The position numbers and the translations under genes were made by a program. DNA of 64,000 bases from Octopus sinensis (taxonomy: Eukaryota). The stretch spans positions 153,264,001 through 153,328,000 of the forward strand of contig NC_042997.1 in NCBI RefSeq assembly GCF_006345805.1. The letters run 5' to 3'. The notes beneath the pieces are model-generated. The model had not been told where the DNA came from. It saw only the letters and a list, made by a program, of their open reading frames with translations, and ran no database searches. Shown here in pieces: positions 38,084 to 52,140 of this stretch (positions are counted from its first letter, which is position 1; each line of letters starts with the position of its first letter).

Positions 38084-41000
38084 TATACATATATATATAT
38101 ACCCAAATTCCAGAGAGACTTCTGCTGGTCTGTGTCGTCAAGTCTTGAAAGATATACATAAACGCTCAATCATAATGGATGCGGCCACCGGACGCCTCTC
38201 CTTGATTATTTCCAATAGAATGAAACCACATGATAGCGTCCAGCCGCCCGTACACAGCCGATTCTAGTCTGCTAGTCTACTATGAACTATGAGTGTGCTT
38301 TTATGCACGAAGTCACTATATGACAGGATCTGTCAAGGCTAATAACATAGTATTTTGTTTTTGAACACGACACCCATGTTAAACTGGATATAAAGTTTAC
38401 CTTTTTGGCATTAATACTTCCGTCGGTAATAATTTAAATATATATACTCGTACATCTGTATACGCGTTTTAGAGAATAAAACGAGGTGAAAATATACAGA
38501 ATAATAATAATTGGGCTTAATATACAAGGAATACTGCTCGTATTAAGCAGCGAGCTATCAGAAATTAATTAAAGGGAAATTGCTACTACGTTAATTAAAA
38601 TTACCTTATGGGATAGAGAGATGGTATCCAATATCTTATTTGAAATGTCAAATAATTCATATATAAACACATCCCGAAGGTGTATTAGATAGAAATGATG
38701 ATTCACTTGAATTTTGTAGAATGCACAAAGCGTCAATAATTTGTTTGTAAATGTATAAGAAATAAACAACTTTTAATGAGAATATTTGTCAGTTTCCTTA
38801 AGATGCTGATTCTTCTTTCTGCTGCGCTGTTATTCTTGCTCCTGTTAAGAGGTATTACAGCCATATATATATATACATATATATATATCTGCGTGTGTAC
38901 GTATACATGCTATTATATGCATATACCGTTTTTGTGTATGTATGTGTGTATATATATATATGTATTTATGTGTGTGTATGTGTGTGTGGTGTTTTAATGA
39001 GACACTTTCTTAACGATGTGACATTAAACATGCAACTCAGCTTCCTAATTATACCGAAAATTGGCTAAAAGAGAGATATAATAGAAAAATCTTTTTTCTA
39101 ACTAGACCCACCACTGGGGAAACAAAGTATTTGCAACAGCATCAATAAATGCTGGCACATCAAAATTATTCTGTTTCAGCAAACACTGCTTAATAAATCA
39201 ATATCTTATTACATGTAACATTGGAAAAACTAAGAGACATGCTGAATATCGTTGCCCATTAAATGTGATGACTTACATTTTCAAATGTCTCACAGAGACA
39301 TGTTGAAGTATGTACTTTTATACAAAACGACATATGGAGAAAATCTCTGTTCGAGATAGAAGTAGTATTCGAACCAGAAAGGTATTGTTTACTACCACTT
39401 TAACGTGGGTGTTCTGTAAGATACGACGTTACTCCTGCATGAAATTTGTAAAATCACTAAAGTTCTGGAGTAATCGAAATTAAATACACGCAATTCCTGT
39501 GTCCAGAAAATGTGGGAAGAGCCTTTTTGCTATTCCCAACCATTTATCATTGTCAACACAGGTTTTCTTCTAGGTTTATGACAAAAAACAAATTTCGTGC
39601 TAGACTGTGAGAATAATACGCGGTTACTTCTCTCTGAAACTTCAATGAGAACTAGATTAGTTTTCAGAAAGAACCAAACCTATGCAGCTCATTAAAAATA
39701 TAAAATTAAGTTAAATTAAAGTTGTTTCTTACCGCATGCACAAGGCCAGAAATATCAGAGTAAAGAACAGTCGATTATATCAGCTTCAATACTTTAAGGG
39801 TTCTTATTTTATCAACCCTGGAAGGATGTACGATAAAGTTGGTAACAGATGGATTTGATATATTTAATTTCAATGAATAACAATCAGTATATGCTTATTG
39901 CTTGTTCTATGGTATTTAAACATTTTACATTATATTCTTCACACGCGCTGACGGCGAAGAGAAGGTTACGACGGAATAAGCAGTTAGAGACATCTTGATG
40001 TAAAGCTTTAGAAAATCCATATTAATGTCTGAAATGCATTAAGGATGTGGGCTGTAAATAACAAGTGTACTGTTAACGGTATTATGGGAAATATATTCTG
40101 TGTACATAGGTATAACGCTCGTAGTAATAGAATGTGGGTATGAAGTAATACGCAGACATCGCAGCATATAGACATTTCAGATTCATGTAGGTTATAATGT
40201 TCGTGTAGATATAGATTGACAAAATGTCTTCATTATTGATACGATTACAGAAAATTCAGTTTTAGATTTTTAGAGATTGGGAACTCGGACTAAGTGACGC
40301 TCTTGTTTCTTTTAAATTCACCACTAATATAAAAAGAGACAAAAGTTATCAGGGAAAAATCGCAACATGTCGTGATATAAGTCTGTTGAAAATATACGAC
40401 TAACCTTCGATACTAGTCGCTATAATAATTTATTTCTCGTATATACGGGAAATTAAATGATGAAGCGATATTTAAAGTGAATTGACGCTTTAAGTAAATT
40501 AATTTGCCAGAAGTAAGTTCATAGTTCTAAATTGTTAAATTTTGTGTTACATTAATTGCACACATATCGTCTGGTTTTAAAATTATATATATTTCAGTCA
40601 CGTCCTGTTTTTAAAATTTAAGTCAGACGAAAAAGGGTCATCAGGCATTATTGTTTTCATGACGTTTAGGAGTTGATGGTTATCGTCAGCTAGAATATTT
40701 GGCCCCAGATACATGAAGCAGAATGAACCTAGTAATGTTAAACCGAGTGATGAATTAAACCTAGCACGCACCTAAAGTACACGATATAGATGTCAACTTT
40801 ATCAACAAATGTGGAAAATGCAAATGAAATGAAATTAAATGGACTCAACCAGAAGTCGAAACTGCACTGCATATAGCGTTTTGCCTCCTTTTCTAGCTGT
40901 ATCACTACTCTATAGCGTATAAACTTGGGAATGTAATAAAATTTTGTTAATAACAGTATAAATAATGCGGTGAACGGGCAGAAGTGTTTTTGCATGTCGG

Positions 41001-41319
41001 ATAAAGTACTTAGCGGCCTTTCTTCCGGCTCTTTACGTTCTGAGTTCAACCTTGCCTTTCATCTTGTGTGAGGCTGTGTCTGTCAAGTTCTCATGTCGAT
41101 TAATCCCTTCCTTTGAAATTGCTGGCCGTATACCAAAATTTAAAACAATTATTAAAAGCGTAAATGCAAAGTAATTTCATTTATAAATTGAAACTTGATT
41201 CCTGTCTCTGCCCTCGGAAATTTCATTCCATGAAAGCCTCACACTTTTTAAAAAGTACGGTTTGCATCATTTGCTGGCACAAAATAACTCCGTTGTTGAA
41301 CGAACTAATGCTTACAAAG

Positions 41320-41630
41320 GCGTGTCTGTGTGGTAAGAAGCTTTCTTCCAAATCACATAGATCTGGGTTCAATCCCACTACGTGGCACCTTGCGCAAGTG
41401 TCTTCTACTATAACCTCGGGTCGACTATAGCGGAAACTGAAGGAAGCCTGTCGTATACATACATATATGCATGTGTGTGTTCTCTATCATGCTTGAGAAC
41501 CAGTGTTAGTGTTTTCATGCCCGCGTAACTTAGCGGTTCGGCAAAAGAGACCGATAGAATATGTACTAGGGAAGATTGATTTAACTAAAACCCTTCAAGG
41601 TGGTACCTCAGCCAAATGACTGAATCGTGA
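41320..41630 (+). mobile_element. Degenerate SINE family B (family A stubs also at about 40990-41060 and 41950-42000)
   Basis: gtgtggtaagaagctt...gggttcaatcccact...ttagcggttcggcaaaagagaccgatagaat. Confidence 0.8.
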
Positions 41631-43963
41631 TAAAGGATAAAGACAATGTTAATGTTATAAAGTTCTATAAAGTGGTGATGAAATATGAGTAGATTCTCTT
41701 TGACATTACAGAGAATGGAAAATTAATGATTTCGAGGTGTCTCTTGAAATAGTTTAAGGGGAGTGATTACGTATATAGCTAGGTCGTTCTCTTTACAATC
41801 ATGTTTCTGGGTTCGAACGGCAGCATGTTGGGTAAACCTCTTCTATCATAGATTGAGATTAGTCTGGCTCTTTCAAGTGAAATCTGGAAGAAGAAACTAC
41901 AGGGAAGCCCGACGAAAGTATTGTTCCTATGGTAATTTTATCCATCTAAAGGCGGCGAGCTAGCAGAAACGTTAACACGCCGGGCGAAATGCTTAGCAGT
42001 ATATAATTTCTTCTACCAGATTTCACTTGAAAGAGCCACACCAAACACAATCTCTGACAGAAGAGTTTTACCCAATAACAAAAATACAAGATGACAATCA
42101 ATCAAATAGCTTATACCGCAAATGTGGCTTATATACACCCGTCTTCTTCAAAAGTTAACATCGTGTCAATAAGCCACACCCGTCCTTTGCGGAGGAAAGC
42201 ATGTTGTGTCAATAAGCAACACCCGACCTTAAAGGTTAATAGAAAAATATTTGCGGTTTCAGACTGCAAATTGAAATCATTGACATTAGGTGAATGCGAT
42301 CCATATTTCCAAAGTTCTGAAACCTTCTAGCGAAACTAATGTAACGATTACAATTATGCTGCTTTTGCTTAAGTCTAATAAATCCTAGCTGATCAAACCT
42401 TTGTTCAATGACATTCGCATTCCAGCCATGAAAATCTTTGTATTTTTAGAAGTGTACGACCCAGAACATATTAACTAATGTGTACTTTCTGCTTCTTAAA
42501 GCAATATGTGAGAGATTTGGCTGACATTTCTAACAAACTCAGCGACTGCACAGAGGCGCCATTGTTGGCTGGTTTACAAGGATGATTTATTTTATAATGT
42601 ATCTATATTGAAGAAGTAAATAATACAACACAAAACAAAATATATTTCTAGCTTTTATATTTATTTCGGATAAGATCAACAAATTTCGGTTAAATTCAAA
42701 GTAAAATAAACAATTGTATCTATCAGGTGATTTATTTTTATTTCCACATTCTTTCTTATTTTACTACTTTCATTCTGAATTCTTTACAACGAGATTCGGA
42801 TATATCTTCAACACTGTTATTTCCCCCACCCGCACCCCCACTTTCTAAACAACTTTGTATTCACCCTACTTTTCCATCAGCTTTTCGCTGATAGTTTATA
42901 CAAATTATATACTTACTTTAAACAATTAACAACGAAAGCATGAAATCAAACCTAAGTGACAGAAAAATTCTGATATACAAACAGAAATGTAGAAACCTGG
43001 TTGAGGAAATAGAAACCTTTATTAACTGAGATATTTTTAGGTCAATCTTTAGACGTTTCTATCCGAGCTGCCAGTAACTAAACATAGACAGAGACAACAT
43101 GGTGGGAGTATTCTGTAAATGAACTTTTAGTTTTGTTGTTTGTCACGCAATACTAAAGACGCCAATCTCGTTTAACCAACTGCTACTACAAAAGTAAAAG
43201 TAATGGGTTCGATTTCGTTTTATTAACTTCCATTTTCTTTTAATTTTATTCTCCGAGTTTCGGAAACTACATTAAAATAAAACATTTTAGTATCTACTCT
43301 GTTGTTCGTACTTGGCATGTCAGTTATAAATTATATAATTTTGCTCACTAGGTCATATTACCCAGTCACGAACAACAGGAATATTTCTATCAACAACAAG
43401 ATATATAATTCTCAATACAAAGATACGCATCAACTGCTTCGATAGAAAATGTAGTCCATTAAATGATAAAGGCTCAAGTGTTGAAAGGGACCACATCAAA
43501 ACCAGTACTTCGTGAAATATTTACTCATTAATTCCATAGAGTAAACTAAGCATTGTCACATGTAGATCTCATTGGCAAACTAACAAATTCAACATTATGA
43601 TTAATTGCTTAAATTATATAGTATGATTATGCGTTAACGTGCATTGCCTAAATTCTAAAATTTCTTGGAAATACAGTGGATAGTCTTCACACAATGGCTT
43701 GTGTGAAGACGTGAGGCGCCATCTTAAATATTACTTTAGAATATTATAAGCGTTCCTACTCTGAACGAACAATTAAAGGTAAGAATACGATAGAAGTGAC
43801 AGTTTATTTTATTAGTTACACTGCGGCTACAACAATTCGCTGAAAACAGATGTACAGTGCAGCCGGTAATCTAGTATGACAAAAAATGTTTTGTAATTCG
43901 GGTTACCTTTTCTCCGATCAGGGAATCAGCAATTGCCGAGTAAACACTTGGTTCATTTATTTA

Positions 43964-44408
43964 TCTATACATATAAAGCTTGAGTTATCTCTGTGTGTGT
44001 GTGGCAGTTTTGTTAGCTTTCGGCTAACTCTATCTCCTCCGATACCCTGCGGCGCAAGTTGACCAAAATTGAGTGTGATAAAATAAGGCTTGCTCTTCAT
44101 TCCATAGTAGAAAAACTTTAAATCGGACCATGATAAGGCCAAAATTTATTTACATCAAAAAGGTGCTTTTCTTCTATGAAAATCCCTATTTTTTACGATT
44201 TTTTTACTGATGTGTCGCCATTTTTCGGTGAATTTCAACCATCAAAATGTTCACTTAAAGAGAATAACAAGCTACATAATGCAAAATTTTTACTTTTCAA
44301 AAAAGATTTTGAAACTATGTCAAAACTTTGTTAACGCGACATCAAAGTCTGCCGTTTTAAGCGCAACTAAAAAAAACAAACCCGAGCAACGCCGGGCTAC
44401 ACTGCTAG
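43964..44408 (+). mobile_element. Complete non-autonomous Helitron-like element
   Basis: A|TCtatacatataaag at the 5' end; hairpin cccgagcaacgccggg then ctacactgCTAG|T at the 3' end; no TSD. Confidence 0.8.
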
Positions 44409-44929
44409 TATAAACATAAACACCACCATCGAGTATTAGGTAGAGCACGAACTATTCCTATTTAAAATACTTCGGTAGTAATTACAGACAAAGAATCGTG
44501 TGCTTGAGCGCTACACTAATGGGATGCAGCGCTAACTTTTAGTGGTTTATGATGCTAAGAGAATACACTCGGTTTGACGTATAGTCAAAAATAAGGAAGA
44601 TTTTATTCCTAATATTCTTATTTGAGATTTCAACATGTCTCTAAGCAACTCTCTTTAGCTTGATAGACTAAAATATTGAATAGAATTAACTTCAGACTCT
44701 AAGGATGATATGTTTCAGTTATGTGCTGCCATTTGAAAAAGCTGCAAATATCTTGTATTAAAGGAAAGAATTATATATTTGGAGGACGAGATGAGTTCAT
44801 TTTTTAAGGGAAATATACAGTTTCATACTTTTAAACCTAACTTCTAAACTTTTCCAAACCTAGTACAGATTTTGACAATGTGTAAGGGACAGATGCATGG
44901 CTATTGACTTGACAACATAAACTTACATG

Positions 44930-45150
44930 TTAGAATATAAGAATTAGTTAATACAGCTCTATATTTAAGAGATGACGAATTATGTACATTATTTACATTT
45001 GATGGACATTTGTCCTCATCTTGTTTGTTGTTAACACAACGTTTTGGCTTGATAAACCCTCCAGCCTTCAGCAGGTGTCTTGGGGAAATTTCCAACCTGA
45101 GTTCTCATTCCCAAGGTATTTTTCGTTGTTGTTGTTGTCGTTGTTGTTGT
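44930..45150 (-). mobile_element. Tail of the tRNA-headed HHR-SINE (copy 2); HHR-like motif at 45034-45078
   Basis: ACAC-CTGCTGA-A-GGCT...AGCC-AAAAC-GT-T-GTGT; tail homologous to 3060-3245. Confidence 0.85.
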
Positions 45151-45151
45151 T

Positions 45152-45542
45152 CAGTAGTTTTATTTTTATAGCGTGCTTACACTTCACTACCGAGCGCAGC
45201 TCTGTGTGCCTTGGGTATGTGCTGTGGTTTGTTGTGATGCTCTCATGGTTACTGTATTGAAAGTGTTTTGCGTAGGATGTGTGCAGTGCCCAGTAGTGCA
45301 ATTTTCTGTATGTTATATGTGTTTGTAGGTCCTGGTGTTTTTGTTATGTAATTGTCTGAATTTTTTTTTATCATACCTACTATGATAGGGGTTGTTTCTG
45401 TTTTTAGATTCCACATTCGAGTTAACCTCTATTACCAGGTATTTGTATTTTGAAAGTTTCTCCATTTCTTTTAGAGACACGTTGTCATCTGCTGGTATTG
45501 ATTTTCTTTTAGAGAAACGTTGTCATCTGCTGGTATTGATTT
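45152..45542 (-). mobile_element. Short 5'-truncated R4/Dong-like fragment (piece B) with a 38-bp 5' tandem duplication
   Basis: SIPADDNVSLKEMEKLSKYK..WNLKTETTPIIVG..QKIALLGTAHILRKTLS. Confidence 0.8.
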
Positions 45543-45552
45543 ATTATTATTA

Positions 45553-47592
45553 TTTTTTTTTTTCTTCTTTCAAATTTGCTTCCATTTCTTGCCGAGTGTC
45601 TTCCCGACTCCTAGGGCAAAGAAACTCATAGTATACATTGGTAGGCCATTAAACCAAACTCAATAGTTCGTTCATTTTATTTATTTTTTTTTTTTTTAAG
45701 TTAAATTAAAATACATGCGCAGCAACAGTTCTCACATCGACAATGCTCTTCTCAATACGTGTGATGTACCAGTTAAGACAATCTTTTGCACTTCTTGCAG
45801 GGATGGTAAGCCAGGGATCATTCTCATATAATTTTCGGTTCCCTTCTTGATCATTCCTAGTGCTCCTACGATCACTGGTATTGTAACCGCCTTGAGATGC
45901 CACATTTTCTCAATTTCAATGAGTAGGTCTTTATATTTTCTGAGCTTGTCAAACTCTTTCGCTGAGATATTATGATCACAGGGGATGCTCATGTCGATCA
46001 ATAAGCAAACTTTATTGTTTTGGTCTTTCACAACAATATCTGGTTTATTGGCCTTGATGGTTCGGTCTGTATGTACTGGAAAGTCCCACAGAATGGTTAC
46101 ATTTTCTCCTTCAGTTACAGCCTCAGGGTGGTGATTATACCACTTGTCGGCAGTTTTGATATTGTAATGCCGACTTATTAGCCAGTGTAGATATTGGCCA
46201 ACTCTGTCATGTCTTAATTTATACTCCACTGGTGCTAAGACTTTACATCCAGAGATTAGGTGGTCCACTGTTTCAATCATGTCGTTGCAGAATCGGCATT
46301 TTGGGTCTGCTCCATTTTTCATCACATTGGTCTTAATAGGGTTAATAGGCTTTGATCTTGAGCAGCCAGGATGAAACCTTCGCTCTCTGCTTTTAGCCCT
46401 GAGCTCCGTAGCCACTGATGGGTTTGCTTCTGGTCAACATCAGCTTGTTTGCTGCGGGTCACAAATTTGCCGTGCAGAGGTTTCTCCTCCCACCTATCAG
46501 CCAATTGCTCGTGCGCTTTTTTCATTGCCATCATTTTCACCTTCTTTGCAACAATAGTTGCCGTACTTCCCTCGGGTTGTTCAGTTTGGGTATCCTGCAC
46601 GAGATCACTAGCAAACTTTTTGCTTTCCTTTATGATAGAATGAAGCTTCTTTCGTCTCTCGTGATTTTCCACGAGCTTTAGCATCCAGTCATTCGATATT
46701 TCGAGATATTTGGCCAGTCCAATTGTGGTTGTTTTGTAAGCTAGTTCAAATTGGATCAGGCCTCGACCTCCTTGGGCTCTGGGAAGATAAAGGCGATCTA
46801 CGTCTGCCTTTGGGTGGTGCATCCTATTACAACTCAGCAGCTTGCGTATTTTCCTATCTATATTCTTTACTTCACTCATATTCCAGTTCAACACATTGTA
46901 GCTATAAGTAACAACTGGAACTGCTAAGGAATTTATAGCTAACACCTTGTTACGTGCATTTAGTTCAGATTTCAGGACTGCACGAACTCTCCTATAACAT
47001 TCCTTCCTGATCTTCTCTTTCATGCTTGCATGCTGAATACCAGAGCCTTCATTTATCCCTAAATATTTGTATGTTTGTTCTTGCTCAAGCTCTCTTATGA
47101 CTGTGTCAACATCTAACACGACTGAATTTGTGGTCTTCACTTTCCCTTTCTGGAAAGTGGCCTTGGCACACTTCTCAAGTCCAACTCCATCCCGATGTCA
47201 TCGCTGAATGCTTTCACGGTGCACAATAGGCCTTCAAGTTCATTATTGTCTTTACCATAAAGTTTTAAGTCATCCATATAAAATAGATGGCTTATTTTTT
47301 TATTGGCAATTTTATACCCATACCCTGTTCTGTTTAATTCACTTGTAAGGGGTATTAGGGCTATGCAGAATATTAAAGGTGAAAGTGAGTCACCTTGAAA
47401 AATTCCACAGTTGATGTTTATATTTTCTGAGGCAAGTACTCCATTAGAGTGGTATAATCGGAGATTCGTATTCCACAACGACATATTGTGCTTCAGGAAG
47501 TTTGAAATCACAGGGGAAATTTTGAAGATGTCCAGCGATCTCAAGATCCATGGATGCGGTATACTGTCGAAGGCCTTTTTATAGTCAATCCA
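45553..47592 (-). mobile_element. 5'-truncated R4/Dong-like retrotransposon (piece A): RT, zinc knuckle and RLE
   Basis: WIDYKKAFDS, GIFQGDSLSPL, FYMDDLK, DRLYLPRAQGGRGL, PLHGKF, CRFC..ETVDHLISGC, ANKPDIVV, KYKDLLIEIEKMW. 3' A-rich tail; (TAA)n on both sides. Confidence 0.95.
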
Positions 47593-47613
47593 TTATTATC
47601 ATTATTATTATTA

Positions 47614-47659
<46 letters not shown>

Positions 47660-47677
47660 CATTATTATTATTCAGGT

Positions 47678-47865
47678 CACGAGCATATAGCGTAGTGGTT
47701 AAGAGCGCGGGCTACTAACGCCAAGATTCTTAGTTCGATTCCAAGCAGTGACCTGAATAATAATAATAACATCGAAAATACATTAGGAATGTATGTGTTA
47801 GCAACAAACAAGATGAAGACAAATATCCGTCAAATGTAAATAATGTAAAATAGAATTAGTTAATA
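47678..47865 (+). mobile_element. tRNA-headed HHR-SINE (copy 3), with the HHR removed by an internal deletion
   Basis: gagcatatagcgtagtggttaagagcgcggg...tagttcgattcc...(taa)n...ggaatg|tatgtgttagcaacaaacaagatg. Confidence 0.85.
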
Positions 47866-49144
47866 TGAAATTCTGTATTGATAAAATTTGCTCTGATATC
47901 TATTTTAAAATTAAATTTATCTGGGGTCAGCTGTAAAAGAAAAATCTTCATGTTTTCCAATAAATTTACGACGATGATTTATTGCACGAAAATATCCTTC
48001 GATTATTTATATTTCTTACTTTATGCAGAAAATAAATTTTACTACAAAGTATTTTGATTACTTTCACACGAAAAACATGCCAAAAGACATGCAAACAACT
48101 GATTATCGAAACAAGAAATTTTAAGGTAAATACTATCATTTAGACAGATATAATTATGAGAGTTAGTCCTCGGTGATAATGAGTTTATTATATGTAGATA
48201 TTACAGTTAGAAGTAGCTGGAATGAATCTTAGGTGCTATGAAATTGTGTAAGCCTTTATTCATAATCTCATTGTAAACTTGAACAAGCTTAAAGTGTTCC
48301 TGACAATGAAATTATTGATGAGAAATGTCTAATACAAGATTAAATATATGTGATGTGCAACAGAGCGTATAGCTTCGGTAATTGGTAAGAGTTGAGTTCA
48401 TTTAGACCTGATATCTGTAAAAAGATGAAACATTCAATCAATATGATTCATGAAATTTTCAATAAATGTAATTAGCCTCGTATGATGACATTTGTTCAAT
48501 TATTCATTTCATAAATAGTTGCCGGGATCAACAAAAGCGAACTTTTAGATCAATGTGCCATTACAGAGGAGCTGCTGTGAAAAGTATACTTTGACTGCAA
48601 CTACAGCTGTCGCATATATTTATTAAGGGTAGCTACCGATGTAAAACTGGTTCTGATTTGCGAACAAAATAATGTGCGTTAATTAGTCCGTCCCACTATA
48701 CCTCTATTCAAATTCTACTGGGATTAACTTTAGCTTTCATACTTCTGTTGATCGATTTAATCGATTATTCCCTTTCGCAACATTTGTGTCCTGCATTTAT
48801 GTTAGTAATCATTGTTATCGTGGAAATATTAACATCTTTCTGATTGATGTAGTTTCCATCTCGATGAACAGCAATTTATCTTGGGTTGTAAAAGACCTTT
48901 AGAACAAGCAGGAACTCATCAACAGCTTAGTATTCTTTTATAAATACATTCATTCTTTGTTTATATAAGAAATTATATGTTCCGTCGTGATCTGAACCAA
49001 CAGTACACTTACTTTAGATTCCAAATAAAAGCTATTTCAATCGGGTTACATTCAAAACTACTTTAGGGAAAGACAAAATCATCACATATTCCCAAATCGG
49101 CATTTTATATATATATAGAGAGAGAGGGGAGAGGGTGAGAAAGC

Positions 49145-49510
49145 GAGAGAGAGAGAAAGAGAGAGGCGCAATGGCCCACTGGTTAGGGAAGCGGTCGTAG
49201 GATCGCGGTTTCGATTACCAGACCGGGCGTTGTGAGTGTTTATTGAGCGAAAACACCTAAAGCTCCACGAGGCTCCGGCAGGGGGTGGTAACGATCCCTT
49301 ATGTATACTTTCACCACACCTCTTTCTCACTCTTTCTTCCTGTTTCTGTTGTACCTGTATTTCAAAGGCCGGCCTTGTCACACTGTGTGTGACGTTGAAT
49401 CTCACCGAGTGCTCAACCACATGCACATTAATTTCACGAGCAGGCTCTTCCGTTGATCGGATCAACTGGAACCCTTGTCGTCGTAACCGACGAAGTACCA
49501 CGACGATTAC
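49145..49510 (+). mobile_element. tRNA-derived SINE sharing its head with family C but with a different tail
   Basis: cagaccgggcg(t)tgtg..tgtttat(t)gagcgaaa(a)cacctaa(a)gctccacg is shared with 33720-33770; the sequences diverge afterwards. Confidence 0.7.
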
Positions 49511-49517
49511 ACGCACG

Positions 49518-49567
<50 letters not shown>

Positions 49568-50449
49568 GTGTGTGTGTGTGTGTGTGTGTGTATAAGCGGG
49601 GGGAGGTGTGTGTGTGTATATATATATAAGCGGGGGAAGGTGTATGTATGTATAAACTTTCAACTCCCTTTGTCTCCTTCATAGCTGATGCTGTAAATCA
49701 GAATATTTATATAACTAATCTACTGTAAATGGCATGTCAAGATAATTCCGCATGTTAAGAAATGGGTATCTTTTAGCAGTTTAATTATATAATAATATCT
49801 AATACTTAACGACAATTATAACCAGCCTCCTATCTTAGTTTTCAGATTATTTGAACGAACAATATTTTATCTCTCAGACACATAATCTGAAAGCGAAATC
49901 AAAAAGTTTTAACAATATGGTATTTTAGCGTATTTCTAATTAAAGATCGCCCATCCTATTGATTTAGCATTAGATACCATTGATTTGGCTTCAATACAAA
50001 TACGTGTCCTTGATTCATTACATTGTTTACAATTCATTTCATGTGTGATTTAATGGGATAATTTAAGCGTAATTACCATAGTTCTGTTGACATTACTTCT
50101 TATAAATAGGTTATAATGATTTAGATGCAATATGATTGTTACTAAGACTTTCGTGAGCGATATCACTGAAAGACTTGTTCTCTTACATCATTGTTGAATT
50201 AGAATGCTAAACTATTGTAGAAGCATTGTGAACATTAAAATAGACACACACTATTGTGTCATGCACTTCCTTTGTATTACTTTCTGATAAAGAATATATT
50301 ATAACTATCCGTGTGAAAATTCTACGGTTATTTTGAAAACTATAAGATTGTTAAATATATTGAAAATCATGAAATGTATAATTTTCTTTGCAATAGTATT
50401 TTTTTTGTGTTCTTTTAAGTCTTAATAATAAGTACTAATGTTGATATAT

Positions 50450-52140
50450 TCTACTAAGCCCTTGAAGAAGGGGTCCCAGCATAGCTGCGATCCAAAGCTA
50501 CTCTTATGGAAAGGTATGTGCTTGGCGCAACATGTGAGCATGCAACAGAGAAATAACTTGTCAGCTCCACACCTGCAATTCCGAGAACTGTCTCTGAGGT
50601 ATTCTTGATGGTCGCAATGACATTCTCACTGGAAATTGAAGGCAGGTGCACTTAAATAGCATATCTATTGGAATGTGGGAAATGCGTGGAATGAAAACAT
50701 TCCTTGGCATCAGCAACAGTAATAACAGCTTCGATCATCTGTGGCATAAGAATTTTTGCGGCTAGTCCTGTGTCATTAGGGATTTTGTGCATCCAAATTT
50801 TGTAACCACACAATGGATCTTCTTACTTTCAGTTGCACATAGTAAAGAAGAACGTAAGAATGATGATAATTTGGTAACTATTGGTTTGTGTGTAGCATCG
50901 TTAACATCGACTACAATATGAACTTATTTGCATCGTTTTGATACCTGTTCAATGATGGCAGTATTAATATCCTGTTCAATATAATTTTTAGAAGCTAATA
51001 TGGACTGTTCAGAAGCTACCTATGGATTCTTCAATTCTGTGAGAAATGAGGATACACTTTTAATAGCATTAATAGAAATTATCAACATTTTTTTTCTTTT
51101 GTATTGCGATATCAATCTATTATCTGATAGCTTCAATATGATCCAAATTAAAGTAAAACATTTGCAAACTAGGATGTTGAGATATGCCTATTAAATAGAA
51201 CTTCTATGTTGGTAGTAAGATGAATTTTTTCCTCTCGCCTCTAAACATAGATTTTTTTTAGTCATACACTTAACTTGTCAGCGGTTACTTTCTTTGGAAT
51301 GAACATAAAGGTTTGCTTGAAATCATTATAGACTGTAACTTCACTCATGATGTTAGTGCTTACTTTGAAAGCTTATGAGATACAAGTCTGTGCACTCGTC
51401 ACATACATTCAGCTTTACCAACTTCATAAAGTCTAAACCCTTTGTCGATATAGCATTGAGAACTGACATTGTGTTCAAGACTGGATAAGCAGTCCTGCCA
51501 ACCGTGAGCAAAGTTGCAACAATTCATATAAGACTACAGCAACAGCAGTTCGCTTGAATGGACGAACTTTTACAAGAATTTTGTTGATCAAAATTTTGTT
51601 GATCAAACTGTTCCTCCTTAGTCAGACGCAACAAATTTCCAAATTCTAGTTTAAGATATTTTTGTATTGAAACACATTTACTTCATTTTACTGAACATTG
51701 TGTTACAGTCAGTGAATGTCAGAGCTGGTGGCCTGAAGTATCTCTTGGCTGAGAATGATAACTGCAGGTCGTGCCACAACTGACACTAAACAGTGTTCAA
51801 GTTAATGATGCTACAGTATTGTATTTTCAATGAGCATCATTGCTTAGGTGTGGATGGGAAAGATAAAGTGTGTGTGGGTATTTCTTTTTTTTTATTATGT
51901 TTGTTTGTGTTTGATACAATATATCTTCACTCATGCAGTCCTGGAGATTATGCTACATCTACTGAAGATTTCATGGCAAACAGACACAAAATTAGAGCAC
52001 AAAGTTTCTCATCTTAGTTGGAAACTTCGAGACTGCGGCTTTTCCGAGGAACTGTTCCAATCTGCATTACCTTCCTTATATTTTTCTTGAAAATTACGCA
52101 ACATGTTGCAGAATCATATGAAATAATTATTCTGGGGTCC
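50450..52140 (-). mobile_element. Decayed Helitron PIF1-like helicase remnant
   Basis: ATLLTVGRTAY, NVFIPRISHIPIDMLFKCTCLQFPVRMS and FSVACSHV match Helitron helicase motifs (GRTAH, VFIPRIP..P.D.PF.F.R.QFPVR, YVACSRV). Confidence 0.7.

Noticed and set aside
43683-43725. Perfect 11-bp hairpin plus YY1-like GCGCCATCTT
   Set aside because: The AAGATGGCG reading frame stops after 11 codons and there is no supporting promoter context; a single hairpin is expected by chance in TE-rich DNA.
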